Positions 9,059-18,081 of a stretch of DNA of 33,908 nucleotides are shown here, one piece after another. The position numbers and the translations under genes are program-made. The DNA is taken from the NCBI GenBank assembly GCA_025935655.1, contig JAICUV010000003.1, positions 1 through 33,908 on the forward strand, in the 5' to 3' direction. The DNA comes from Chloroflexota bacterium. Lineage in GTDB: Bacteria > Chloroflexota > Limnocylindria > Limnocylindrales > CSP1-4. The notes under the pieces are model-generated. The model was not told the origin of the DNA. It was given only the letters and a program-made list of their open reading frames with translations, and searched no databases. Within the stretch, counting starts at the first letter, position 1. Every line of letters begins with the position of its first letter.

Positions 9059-10948
9059 ATGGACGAACAGGCAGCGAACCCGATCGAGCCCGCCCACGAG
9101 ACGGGCGACGGCGCGGCCGCGTCCGACCGGGCGCCGACCGACGTGGACCGGGCGCGCCGGCGCACCGACCAGCTGCGCCGGCAGCTGTTCCTCGCCCTCG
9201 GCCTGCTCCTCTGCTACGGCTTCTTCCTCCAGGCACCTGCGTGGAACGAGCTGAGCCGCTACGACCTCGTCCGGGCGGTGGTGGAGCAGGGGACCGTCCG
9301 GATCGACAGCTTCCACGAGAACACCGGGGACAAGGCGTTCAAGGACGGGCACTACTACTCGGACAAGGCGCCCGGGACGGCCATCCTCGGCGTCCCCGTC
9401 TACGCGGCCTATCTCGCGGTGAACCGCGTCGCCGGGATCGTCGACCCGCCCCAGGACGCCGCCGTGGCAGCGCTGGCGTTCGCGATCTGCGGGCTGCCCA
9501 CGGTCCTCCTGGCCATCCTGCTGGTGCGGTTCCTCATCCCACTCACGGGCGAGCCCTGGGCGCTGGTGACGGGGGCCGCGTTCGGGCTGGGGACGATCGC
9601 CTTCCCGTTCGCCACGATGCTCTTCGGGCATGCGCTCTCGGCGGCATGCCTGTTCGCGGCGTTCTTCCTGCTCCACCGCTGGCGGCGCACCCGGGGCCGC
9701 TGGGAGCCCTACGCGGCGGGGTTCCTCGGCGGCTGGGCGGTGATCACGGAGATCCCCGTGGTCCTGGGCGTCGCCGTCCTGTTCGTCTACGCCCTGTGGC
9801 TCGGTCGCGGCACGGCGCTCCGGTTCGTCGCCGGGGGCCTGCCCGTCGCGCTGCTCCTGGCGGGCTACAACTGGCTGACGTTCGGCAGCCCGGCGAGCCT
9901 CGGCTACCAGTACACGACGCTGTTCGCGGACCAGAACGCGCAGGGCATCGTCTCGATCGTCGTGCCGTCGGTCGGCGTCCTCGCGGACCTGCTGTTCAAC
10001 CCGCGTGGCCTGCTCGTGCTGGCGCCGTGGCTCGCGCTCGCGCCGCTCGGCCTGCTCGCCGCGCGGGACCGCGCGATCCGGGCGGAGGTGCTCGTGAGCG
10101 CCGCGGTCTGCGCCGTGTTCCTGACCTACAACAGCGGGGCGCTCAACCCGTTCGGCGGCTGGACGCCCGGGCCCCGCTATCTCGTCCCGATGCTGCCCTT
10201 CGCCGCCATCCTCGTCGCGCTCGCCCCCCGACGGATCCGCCCGATCACGGGCGTCCTGATGGCCTGGTCCGTGGCGGTCATGCTCGTCGCCACCGCGACC
10301 CGGCCCAACGCCCAGGAGCTGTACGCGAACCCCCTCGTCGAGCTGTGGATCCCGAGGCTGCTCGCCGGGCACCTCGCGGACAGCCTCGCATGGCACCGCT
10401 GGGGCTTCACCGGCATCGAGCCGCTCCTGCTGCTGGCCTTCGGCGTGGTCATCGCGGTGGCAGGTCTGCTCGCGACCCGGGCACGGGACCGGGCGTCCAA
10501 CGTCGTCGCCCTCGCGAGCGCGATCGCCCTGGGCGTCCTCATCGTCGCGTGCGCCGTCCCGGCCCCGGCGCCGGCCACGGTCCTGATGCCGGGCGCCTCG
10601 AGTGCGGACGGCCCGCCCGCGCTCGGCGTCGCCGCGAGCGGCGCGTACCGCGTGACCGCCGGTGGCGAGGACCACATGGTCATGTGGGCCCAGCTCGCGA
10701 ACGCCGGAGGCGCCGTCGACGGCACCCGGATCGAGTACCGGGTGGCCCCCGCGGACGACCTCGAGGCGGCAAAGGCGGTGTGGTACGGCGACGTGGCGTG
10801 GTCGCCGGGCGAGCGCGATGCGTCGTCGCTCGCCTGGACGGTCGACCCGGGCGTCGATCCCGCAACCCGCGCCTGGCAGGTCCGCGTGGTGGGGCCGGAC
10901 GAGGAGGTCCTCGCGACGACCGGCGCCTTCCGGCCGTTCCGGCCCTGA
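9059..10948 (+). CDS. Multi-pass membrane protein, GT-C (ArnT/PMT-like) glycosyltransferase-like, with C-terminal beta-sandwich domain, 629 aa
   Basis: ATG 9059. First loop WNELSRYDL...GDKAFKDGHYYSDKAPG, many TM helices and a GGWTPGPRYLVP motif typical of uncharacterised GT-C proteins; soluble beta-rich tail. Confidence 0.65.
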   Translation: MDEQAANPIEPAHETGDGAAASDRAPTDVDRARRRTDQLRRQLFLALGLLLCYGFFLQAPAWNELSRYDLVRAVVEQGTVRIDSFHENTGDKAFKDGHYYSDKAPGTAILGVPVYAAYLAVNRVAGIVDPPQDAAVAALAFAICGLPTVLLAILLVRFLIPLTGEPWALVTGAAFGLGTIAFPFATMLFGHALSAACLFAAFFLLHRWRRTRGRWEPYAAGFLGGWAVITEIPVVLGVAVLFVYALWLGRGTALRFVAGGLPVALLLAGYNWLTFGSPASLGYQYTTLFADQNAQGIVSIVVPSVGVLADLLFNPRGLLVLAPWLALAPLGLLAARDRAIRAEVLVSAAVCAVFLTYNSGALNPFGGWTPGPRYLVPMLPFAAILVALAPRRIRPITGVLMAWSVAVMLVATATRPNAQELYANPLVELWIPRLLAGHLADSLAWHRWGFTGIEPLLLLAFGVVIAVAGLLATRARDRASNVVALASAIALGVLIVACAVPAPAPATVLMPGASSADGPPALGVAASGAYRVTAGGEDHMVMWAQLANAGGAVDGTRIEYRVAPADDLEAAKAVWYGDVAWSPGERDASSLAWTVDPGVDPATRAWQVRVVGPDEEVLATTGAFRPFRP

Positions 10949-10962
10949 CCGCGGGCCCAGGG

Positions 10963-12918
10963 CTACCAGATCCGCGCGCGCGCCTCCTCGGGGAGGGCCA
11001 TCGGCGAGCCCTCGGGGATCCCGAACGTCGCCGCGAACGGCGGGAAGTTGGCGAGCGGGATGTTGGCGCGGTAGCGACCGGGCGAGTGCGGGTCGACGTT
11101 GGCCATCATCCGCAAATACGCGTCGGTGTAGTTGGTGCGCCAGATCGTGGCGTACGAGGCGAAGAACCGCTCGGCCGGCGTCATGCCGTCCACGATCGGC
11201 GTCTCGCCGTGGAGCGCCTCGTGGAGCGCGTTGTACGCGATCGCGACGCCGCCCAGGTCCGCGATGTTCTCGCCCAGCGTGAGCTGGCCGTTGACCGTCA
11301 CGTCGTCGGCGACCGGGCACGCGTTGAACTGCTCGACGAGCACCTGCGCGCGGCGCATGAACTCGGTCCGGTCCTCCTCCGTCCACCAGTTGCGCAGCGC
11401 GCCCTCGGCGTCGAACTGCGAGCCCTGGTCGTCGAAGCCGTGGGTCACCTCGTGGCCGATGACGCTCCCGATGCCGCCGTAGTTGACCGCGTCGTCCGCG
11501 TCCGCCCAGAAGAACGGCGGCTGGAGGATGCCCGCGGGGAACACGATCTCGTTGAGCAGCGGGTGGTAGTAGGCGTTGACGATGTGCGGCGGCAGGAGCC
11601 ATTCGCCCTTGTCGACGAATTCCCCGAGGCGGCCGAACTGGCGGTCGTGCTCGAACAGCGCGACGCGCATCCGGTTCTCGACGAACGAGGTGTGGACGGG
11701 CACGAACGCCGTGTAGTCTCGCCACTCGTCGGGGTAGCCGATCTTGAACGTGAAGCCGGCGAGCTTGCGCAGGGCCTCCACGCGCGTCGCGTCCGTCATC
11801 CAGGGGTTGGTCCGGATCGCCGTGCCCATGGCCTCGAGGAGGTGCTCCACGAGGTGCTCGCAGCGGTCCTTGGCAGCCGGCGGGAACGCCTCGTCCACGT
11901 ACAGCTGCGAGACGAGCTCGCCGATGTCCTGCGAGGCGAGGTCGAGGACCCGCTTCCAGCGCGGCTTCTGCTCCTGCTGGCCGCCGAGGAGCGTGCCGTA
12001 GAACCCGAACGCCTCGTCCTCGATCGCCTTCGGCAGGCTCGAGGCGTACGACCGCACGACGTGCCACCGCAGGTAGTGCCGGAGCGTCGCGACCGGGGTC
12101 TCCGCGAGCGCGGCATCGAGCTCCCGGAAGAACGCGGGGCAGTCCACGCTCACCGTGGGCTGCGTGCCGCCGATCTCGCGCACCAGCCCGGCAAGGCCGA
12201 AGCCCGGCATGAGCTCGTCCAGCGCGTCCACGGCGTGCCGGTTGAGGGTGAGCGTGGGGTCGCGTCGCTGGACCATCGTCAGCGAGGCGGCGGCGAGGCG
12301 GCGCTCGAACGCGAAGATCCCGTCGGCCGCGGCGGCCGCCTCCGCCTCGTCCGTGCCCAGGTTGCGGAGCTGCGCCGCGACGTGCGCCCGGTACGCGTCG
12401 ATGATCCCGAGCGAGCGCTCGTCCTCGCCCAGGTAGTAGTCCCGCTCCGGGAGGCCGAGCCCGCCCTGGTCCACGTAGACGAGGTACGCGCTCGCGTCCT
12501 CGAAGTCGGGCAGGATGCCGATGGTGTACAGCGCGCCGACGCCGTGGCGCTCGAGGTCCGGCGCGAGCGCCCGCAGGTCCGCCACCGAGGCGATCGCGTC
12601 GATCCGGTCCAGGAGCGGGCGCAGCGGCTCGGTCCCCGCCGCCTCGATCGTCGCCTCGTCCGTGCCCGCCATGAAGTAGTCGCCGACCTTGTGCCGCACG
12701 GAGCCGTCCTCGCCCGGGTCGTCTGCCGCCTCGTGGAGCAGCCGGTGGAGGAGCTCCTGGTTGCGCCGGTTGACCTCGTGGAAGGCCCCGTAGGCGCCGT
12801 ACTCGGGCGGCACCGGGTTCGCGGCCAGCCAGGCCCCGTTCACGTGCTGGTAGAAGTCGTCGGCGGGCGAGACGGTCGCGTCCCAGGACCCGCGGTCGAT
12901 CGGCGTCGTGGCGGTCAT
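10963..12918 (-). CDS. pepO: M13 family zinc metalloendopeptidase (PepO/neprilysin-like), 651 aa, no signal peptide
   Basis: GGGGAG RBS, ATG 12918. DDFYQHVNG, VNAYY, FPAGILQPPFF, HEVTH (HExxH), GENIAD, DPHSP. Confidence 0.95.
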   Translation of the reverse strand: MTATTPIDRGSWDATVSPADDFYQHVNGAWLAANPVPPEYGAYGAFHEVNRRNQELLHRLLHEAADDPGEDGSVRHKVGDYFMAGTDEATIEAAGTEPLRPLLDRIDAIASVADLRALAPDLERHGVGALYTIGILPDFEDASAYLVYVDQGGLGLPERDYYLGEDERSLGIIDAYRAHVAAQLRNLGTDEAEAAAAADGIFAFERRLAAASLTMVQRRDPTLTLNRHAVDALDELMPGFGLAGLVREIGGTQPTVSVDCPAFFRELDAALAETPVATLRHYLRWHVVRSYASSLPKAIEDEAFGFYGTLLGGQQEQKPRWKRVLDLASQDIGELVSQLYVDEAFPPAAKDRCEHLVEHLLEAMGTAIRTNPWMTDATRVEALRKLAGFTFKIGYPDEWRDYTAFVPVHTSFVENRMRVALFEHDRQFGRLGEFVDKGEWLLPPHIVNAYYHPLLNEIVFPAGILQPPFFWADADDAVNYGGIGSVIGHEVTHGFDDQGSQFDAEGALRNWWTEEDRTEFMRRAQVLVEQFNACPVADDVTVNGQLTLGENIADLGGVAIAYNALHEALHGETPIVDGMTPAERFFASYATIWRTNYTDAYLRMMANVDPHSPGRYRANIPLANFPPFAATFGIPEGSPMALPEEARARIW

Positions 12919-12997
12919 GCGCTCCCCTGTGGCGTTGCGATGGGCACCCGCCTGCGACCGTACCAGATGGCGTCCCCGGCCCGCGGCGGCGGACCGG

Positions 12998-15550
12998 TCA
13001 GGCGACCCAGACCGTCTGGCCCCGGCGGACGGTCCGCACGACCTCGGCGAGGAGCGCCGGCGCGAACGCCACGACCGCGACGATCGCCCAGTCCAGCGCG
13101 TCGAGCGGCGTCGCGTGGAAGGCCTCGGCGAGCCCGGGCAGGTAGGGGATGGCGGCCTGGATCCCGACCGCGACGAGGCACGCCCCGAGCAGGAACCCGT
13201 TGGTCCCCAGGCGGTGGACCGGCACCCGCAGGCTGCGGTTCGCATAGGCGCGGACGCACTGGCCAACCACGAGGCACGTGTACGCGAGCCAGGCGGCGTG
13301 GTCGAAGTCACTGTCGTGGCCCAGCATCACCACGAGGGCCGCCAGCGCCGTGAACGCCCCGGCACCCACGAGCCGGCCGAGGAGGCCGTTCGTGAGCAGC
13401 GGCCGCTCGGCGTGGCGCGGCGGCCGGGTCATGAGCTCGGGCTCGGGGGGCTCTCGCTCGAACGCGACCGACGTCGCGAGGTCGATGAAGAACTCCATCC
13501 ACAGGATCTGGAGCGGGATGAGCACCTGTCGCTCGGCGATGAAGATCGTGGAGATGAGGATGAACCCGAGGAACGCGACGTGGGTGGACAGGAGGAAGGT
13601 GAGGCCCTTCTGGACGTTGTCCACGATCCGGCGACCCTCGGCGAGGCCGAACATCAGCGTCGCGAACGAGTCGTCGCCCAGGGTCAGGTCAGCCGCCTCC
13701 CGGGCGACCGCGGTCCCGCTGCCCATCGCCACGGCGACGTCAGCGCCATGGAGGGCCGGCGCGTCGTTCACCCCGTCGCCCGTCACCGCGACGATCCGGT
13801 GGTGGCCGCGGGCCGCGGCCACGATGCGCCGCTTCTGGTCGGGCGTGGAGCGCGCGACGACGTGGAGGCGCCCGAGCTCCTCGCCGAGGCGGTCGTCGTC
13901 CCATGCCGCGAGCTCCTCGCCGGTGACGATGCGGCCGGCGTCGAGCCCGGCCTCGTGCGCGATGGCCCCAGCCGTGAGCGGGTGATCGCCGGTCACCATC
14001 ACCACCTGGATCCCCGCCAGCCGCGCGGTCGCCATCGCGTCCGCGATCCCCGGCCGGATGGGGTCCGCGAACCCCACGAGCGCCCGCATGTGCCACCGGC
14101 CGTCGTCCACCCGCCGCGCGAGGGCCACCAGCCGCTCGCCGGCCGAGGCCGCGTCGTCGATGAGCAGGCCCCATCGCCTGCGCTCGGCGTGGGCGACGTC
14201 GGCCCCAACCATCCGCAGGACGACCTCGGGCGCGCCCAGGGCGAGCGACTCGACGGACCCGTCCGGACGACGCGCCCGCGTCCGCGTCACCGGGGTCGTG
14301 TCGTCGGCCGGCGACGCCTCGATGAGGTCCGCCGCGTCCAGCGTTCCGCTGCCGCCGAGGTCGACCACCGCCGTCCGGAGCGCCCGCGTGAACGACGCCG
14401 GCGCGACGCCCTCGCCGGGCCACGCGTCCTCCTCGGCCCGCACCGCCTCCTCGAGCCGTGCCCGAAGCTCGGCGGCATCCTCGATGGCACCGTCGGGCGT
14501 CCTGACCGACGACACGACGAGCCGGTTCTGGGTGATCGTCCCCGTCTTGTCCGTGACGATGAGGTCCACCGCGCCCAGCGTCTCCTCCGCGTTGAGGCGC
14601 CGGACGAGGACCCCTCGCTTGAGCAGGCGGTACGCGCCGAGCCCCAGGATCACGGCGAGGAGGACGGGCGGCTCCTCCGGGATCGCGGCGATGGCGGCCG
14701 AGATGCCCGCCAGGACGTTCTCGCCCAGCGGGTGACCGCGGAGGAACCCCATCCCGGTCGTGAACAGGATGAGGAACACGGCGACGACGAGCAGGATCCG
14801 CACCAGCCGGTCGAGCTCGCGCTGGAGCGGGCTGCGCCGACGCTCCCCGGAGGCGAGGCTCCCCGCGATGCGGCCGAACTCGGTCGCGGCGCCGATCGCG
14901 ACGACCACGCCCTCGCCGCGCCCGCCGACGACGCTGGTGCCGGAGTACGCGATCGCGTGTCGCCCGGCCAGCGGCGCGTCCACGGCATCGGCGTCCGTGC
15001 GCGCCTCCTCGGGGATCGACTCGCCGGTGAGCGAGCTCCGGTCCACGAGCAGCCGCTCCGCACGCAGGACCCGGAGGTCCGCGGGGACGACATCGCCGCC
15101 CTGGAGCAGGACGATGTCGCCGGGGACCAGCGCCGCCGCCGGGACGACGCCGATCGCGCCGGCGCGCCGGACGCGCGCCGTCGGCGCCGTGGCGTCGCGC
15201 AGCGCCTCCAGGGCCCGCTCGCCGCGGTACTCCGTGACGACGTCGGCGCCCACGATCGGCAGCAGCCCCACCAGGACGAGCAGGCCGTCGCGCACCTCGC
15301 CGACCACGATCGCGAGCAGTCCCGCGCCGGCCAGCATGAGCACGAACGGCTCCGTGAACGACTCGAGGACCATGTGCCACAGCGGCTCGCGCTCGGCCTC
15401 CTCGAGGGCGTTCGGTCCGGCGTCGATCGCGCGTCGTGCGGCCTCAGCCTCGTCGAGCCCGACCGCCGGGTCCACGGCGAGCAGGGCAGCCGCGGCCGTG
15501 GGGTCCTGCGCGTGGAAGGGGAGGGAAGTGGTCGCGGCGGGCGTCGTCAC
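12998..15550 (-). CDS. Cation-translocating P-type ATPase (type II-like, PEE-x subgroup), 850 aa
   Basis: GTG 15550 (leaderless-type start). GPNAL, TGES, AAIPEEP, ETLGAVDLIVTDKTGT, DPIR, MVTGDH, TGDGVNDAPAL, QILWMEFFID. Confidence 0.92.
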   Translation of the reverse strand: MTTPAATTSLPFHAQDPTAAAALLAVDPAVGLDEAEAARRAIDAGPNALEEAEREPLWHMVLESFTEPFVLMLAGAGLLAIVVGEVRDGLLVLVGLLPIVGADVVTEYRGERALEALRDATAPTARVRRAGAIGVVPAAALVPGDIVLLQGGDVVPADLRVLRAERLLVDRSSLTGESIPEEARTDADAVDAPLAGRHAIAYSGTSVVGGRGEGVVVAIGAATEFGRIAGSLASGERRRSPLQRELDRLVRILLVVAVFLILFTTGMGFLRGHPLGENVLAGISAAIAAIPEEPPVLLAVILGLGAYRLLKRGVLVRRLNAEETLGAVDLIVTDKTGTITQNRLVVSSVRTPDGAIEDAAELRARLEEAVRAEEDAWPGEGVAPASFTRALRTAVVDLGGSGTLDAADLIEASPADDTTPVTRTRARRPDGSVESLALGAPEVVLRMVGADVAHAERRRWGLLIDDAASAGERLVALARRVDDGRWHMRALVGFADPIRPGIADAMATARLAGIQVVMVTGDHPLTAGAIAHEAGLDAGRIVTGEELAAWDDDRLGEELGRLHVVARSTPDQKRRIVAAARGHHRIVAVTGDGVNDAPALHGADVAVAMGSGTAVAREAADLTLGDDSFATLMFGLAEGRRIVDNVQKGLTFLLSTHVAFLGFILISTIFIAERQVLIPLQILWMEFFIDLATSVAFEREPPEPELMTRPPRHAERPLLTNGLLGRLVGAGAFTALAALVVMLGHDSDFDHAAWLAYTCLVVGQCVRAYANRSLRVPVHRLGTNGFLLGACLVAVGIQAAIPYLPGLAEAFHATPLDALDWAIVAVVAFAPALLAEVVRTVRRGQTVWVA

Positions 15551-15588
15551 CCGGCTAGCGTGCCATTGCCGCCAACCCCCGCGCCAGA

Positions 15589-16554
15589 TCAGCCTGGCAC
15601 ATAGCGCTCCTGCACGAGGCGGGCCGTCTGGCCCGGGAGCGCACCTGAGGCCACGACGTCCTCGAGCGTCAGCGTGGCGAACGTCGTGCCGTCGGCGAGG
15701 CGCTCGCGATAGCGCGCGACGAGGCCGGCGATGTCCGGGTTCGCCGCCGGGTGGACGACGAGGTAGCGGCCCCACGTCCACGCTCCGGCCTCGTGCTGGA
15801 GCATGGACAGCAGCAGCAGGTGCTCGAGCCACAGCTCCGCGAACTCGCCGCGCCCAGTGAACGCGTCGATGTCCTCCGACGCGAAGGCGCCGGATCGTCC
15901 CGCGACCTCGAGGTTGCGCCACAGGTTCTGGGGCTTCGGCTGCTCGCGCGCCAGGCGCTCGTGGTACTTCACGTCCACCGCCACGATCCCTCGCGTCCCG
16001 TCGCCTCGGTCGAGCACGAAGGCGGCGTCGAAGGCCCGGAGGCTGTTGAGCCACGCCGGGTCGAGGCGCCCGGGCGAGTGCGCGAACCGGACCTCGGCGA
16101 CGCGCCCCGGCGCATCGGGCACGAGCGCGTGGAGCGCGCGATCGGCGGCCGCCGGATCAGTCGCCAGGTCGCCGAACAGGTTGAACGAGAGCGCCTCGGA
16201 CGAGAGCAGGTCGGCCCACAGGCGCTGGTGATCGAAGCTCTGGTGGCGCTCGACGAACGCCGTGCGGGCCCGCGCCGAGGCGAGTGCCCCGGGAGTGAGC
16301 AGGTTCGCGCCCGTCTCGCGCCCGTACTCGAGCGGCATCCGGCTTCCGACCAGACGGACCGGTCGACCCTCGACGGGCAGGTACGGCTGCGTGCCGATCG
16401 GGATCGCGCGCGCCTCGCGCCAGCGAGCCTGGTGCAGGCGCGTGCGTCGCCGGAACGCCGTCATCGCCGGGCGCCTGGGGAGTGCGTCCTCCCTGTCCCA
16501 GCACCACGCGGCGTCGAGCTCGTCGCTCGTCGGGGCGTCCTGGTCGTCGGGCAT
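15589..16554 (-). CDS. PGN_0703-like putative PD-(D/E)XK restriction-endonuclease-fold protein, 321 aa
   Basis: LLSSEALSFNLFG, HSPGR-x-DP, AFD...IVAVDVKYHE (D...D-x-K) and ELWLEHLL match my recollection of this family's pattern; leaderless-type ATG. Confidence 0.65.
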   Translation of the reverse strand: MPDDQDAPTSDELDAAWCWDREDALPRRPAMTAFRRRTRLHQARWREARAIPIGTQPYLPVEGRPVRLVGSRMPLEYGRETGANLLTPGALASARARTAFVERHQSFDHQRLWADLLSSEALSFNLFGDLATDPAAADRALHALVPDAPGRVAEVRFAHSPGRLDPAWLNSLRAFDAAFVLDRGDGTRGIVAVDVKYHERLAREQPKPQNLWRNLEVAGRSGAFASEDIDAFTGRGEFAELWLEHLLLLSMLQHEAGAWTWGRYLVVHPAANPDIAGLVARYRERLADGTTFATLTLEDVVASGALPGQTARLVQERYVPG

Positions 16555-16684
16555 CCCAGAACCCTAGCGGGAACCGCACGGGCCGTCCGTACGAAGCCTG
16601 CAACACACGATCGCGGAGGTCGGTCGCGCACGGCGCGCGATTGGTGCGACGATCTCGGCAACCAGGCAGAGCGGGAGGACACGC

Positions 16685-17545
16685 GTGCACCGGATGATCA
16701 CGGGTCTCATCGACCGGCAGGCCGGCTGGGCGAAGCCGTTGGGGGACAAGGCGCAGAAGGTCCTGGGCGAGCTGTTTGCCGGCCGCGCGCCACTCAAGGA
16801 TGCGCTGAACGGGACATGGCTCGGTCACCCGGTGCATCCGGTCGTCACGGACATCCCGGTCGGCGCGATGACGCTCGCGGCCGTCCTCGACGCGACCGGC
16901 AACGACCGCGCCGCGGATCTCGCGGTCGCAACGGGTCTCGCGGGGATGGCCGCCTCTGCCGCCACCGGTGCGGCCGATGCGGTCGACGCGGAGGGCCGGC
17001 CCCAGGTGCTCGCCACCGTGCACGCGACGCTGATGGTCGCGAGCCTCGGCGCCTACGTCGGTTCGTTCGCGCTCCGGCTCGGACCGCGTCGTGGACGCCC
17101 GCTCGCGCGACTCCTGTCGTTCGCGGGCTATGGCGCCCTGACCGCGGGCGCCTACATCGGCGGCGACCTCGTCTTCCGGACGGGCAACCAGGTCGATCGC
17201 CATGCATTCGACAGCGAGAGCACGAAGTGGAAGGCGCTCGACGTCCGGGAGGTTCCCGCGGCCACCCTCGTGAAGGCGAAGACGAGCACTGACACCCTGG
17301 TCCTCTACCGCGCTGCGGACGGCGACCCGATCACGGCCTTCCACGCGGTGTGCTCGCACGCCGGTGGCCCGCTGGACAAGGGGTCGATCGTGGACGGCTG
17401 CGTCGAGTGCCCGTGGCACGGCTCGCGGTTCGCGCTCGCCGACGGGCACGTGCGCCGCGGCCCCGCCGTCTACGACCAGCCGCGCTACGAGATCCGTGAG
17501 ACCGAAGAGGGCAAGCTCGAGGCGCGGCGGATGATCGCCGGCTGA
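16685..17545 (+). CDS. DUF2231-like membrane domain fused to Rieske [2Fe-2S] domain
   Basis: GGAGGA RBS then GTG. GTWLGHPVHPVVTDIPVG, VHA and GGDLVF in the membrane part; CSHAGG and CPWHGS Rieske ligands. Confidence 0.9.
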   Translation: MHRMITGLIDRQAGWAKPLGDKAQKVLGELFAGRAPLKDALNGTWLGHPVHPVVTDIPVGAMTLAAVLDATGNDRAADLAVATGLAGMAASAATGAADAVDAEGRPQVLATVHATLMVASLGAYVGSFALRLGPRRGRPLARLLSFAGYGALTAGAYIGGDLVFRTGNQVDRHAFDSESTKWKALDVREVPAATLVKAKTSTDTLVLYRAADGDPITAFHAVCSHAGGPLDKGSIVDGCVECPWHGSRFALADGHVRRGPAVYDQPRYEIRETEEGKLEARRMIAG

Positions 17546-17556
17546 GGTCGCCGACG

Positions 17557-18048
17557 GTGGGTCAGCTGGGGGGACGGCCGCAGCTCGTCGTCGCCCTGGT
17601 GGCGACCGTGCTCCTGTCCGGCTGTGCCGGGTTGGTGCCTGACGCCTCGTCCGTGCCAGCGGGTGCAGTGTCGCCGGGCTGCCCCGACATGCCGTGGAGC
17701 GGGTTCAGCGGCGTGACGGACCTGCCGGCTCCCGATGGCCTGACGATCGCGCGCACGCCTGACGGCGTCAGGGTCTCGAATGGGACCGCGACCACGTGGA
17801 CCCTCCGGCCTGCCTGGTGGGTGGACCAGTTGTGCTTCGGGTGGTCCGAGGCCGGCGATCCTGGATCCCCGCTGTCGCTCGCGCCCGGCGCGTCGGCGGA
17901 CGTGCCCGTTCGCGACCCGCACATCGACGGCGCTCGGTCGTCGCGGATCGGCGTCGAGTTCTGGAGCGGCGCATGTGCCGGGGATTGTCCGGCGCAGGCC
18001 GATGGCTTCAGGTGGATCGAGGTCCCGACGCCGGGCGCATCCGGCTGA
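17557..18048 (+). CDS. Hypothetical small lipoprotein with four further Cys
   Basis: GTG 11 nt after the Rieske stop; hydrophobic signal with lipobox LLSGC; Trp/Cys-rich mature part. Confidence 0.65.
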   Translation: MGQLGGRPQLVVALVATVLLSGCAGLVPDASSVPAGAVSPGCPDMPWSGFSGVTDLPAPDGLTIARTPDGVRVSNGTATTWTLRPAWWVDQLCFGWSEAGDPGSPLSLAPGASADVPVRDPHIDGARSSRIGVEFWSGACAGDCPAQADGFRWIEVPTPGASG

Positions 18049-18060
18049 CCGAGCGTCCAG

Positions 18061-18081
18061 CTGACGCCGCGAACGCGTCAG
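18061..18081. terminator. Hairpin between convergent genes
   Basis: CTGACGC-CGCGAAC-GCGTCAG, 7-bp stem overlapping the serine hydrolase stop. Confidence 0.4.

Noticed and set aside
100-13353. Very long alternative-frame ORFs (e.g. 100-3057 minus, 8941-13353 plus, 8960-12067 minus; likewise 12908-15604 and 17796-21239 further on)
   Set aside because: Arg/Pro/Gly-rich shadow frames of real genes, expected from stop-codon scarcity at very high GC; no motifs.
17538-18048. 8-bp direct repeat CCGGCTGA at both ends of the small lipoprotein gene, as a possible target-site duplication
   Set aside because: GGCTGA (Gly-stop) ends several other genes here (4765, 15589, 25267), so the match is expected by chance.
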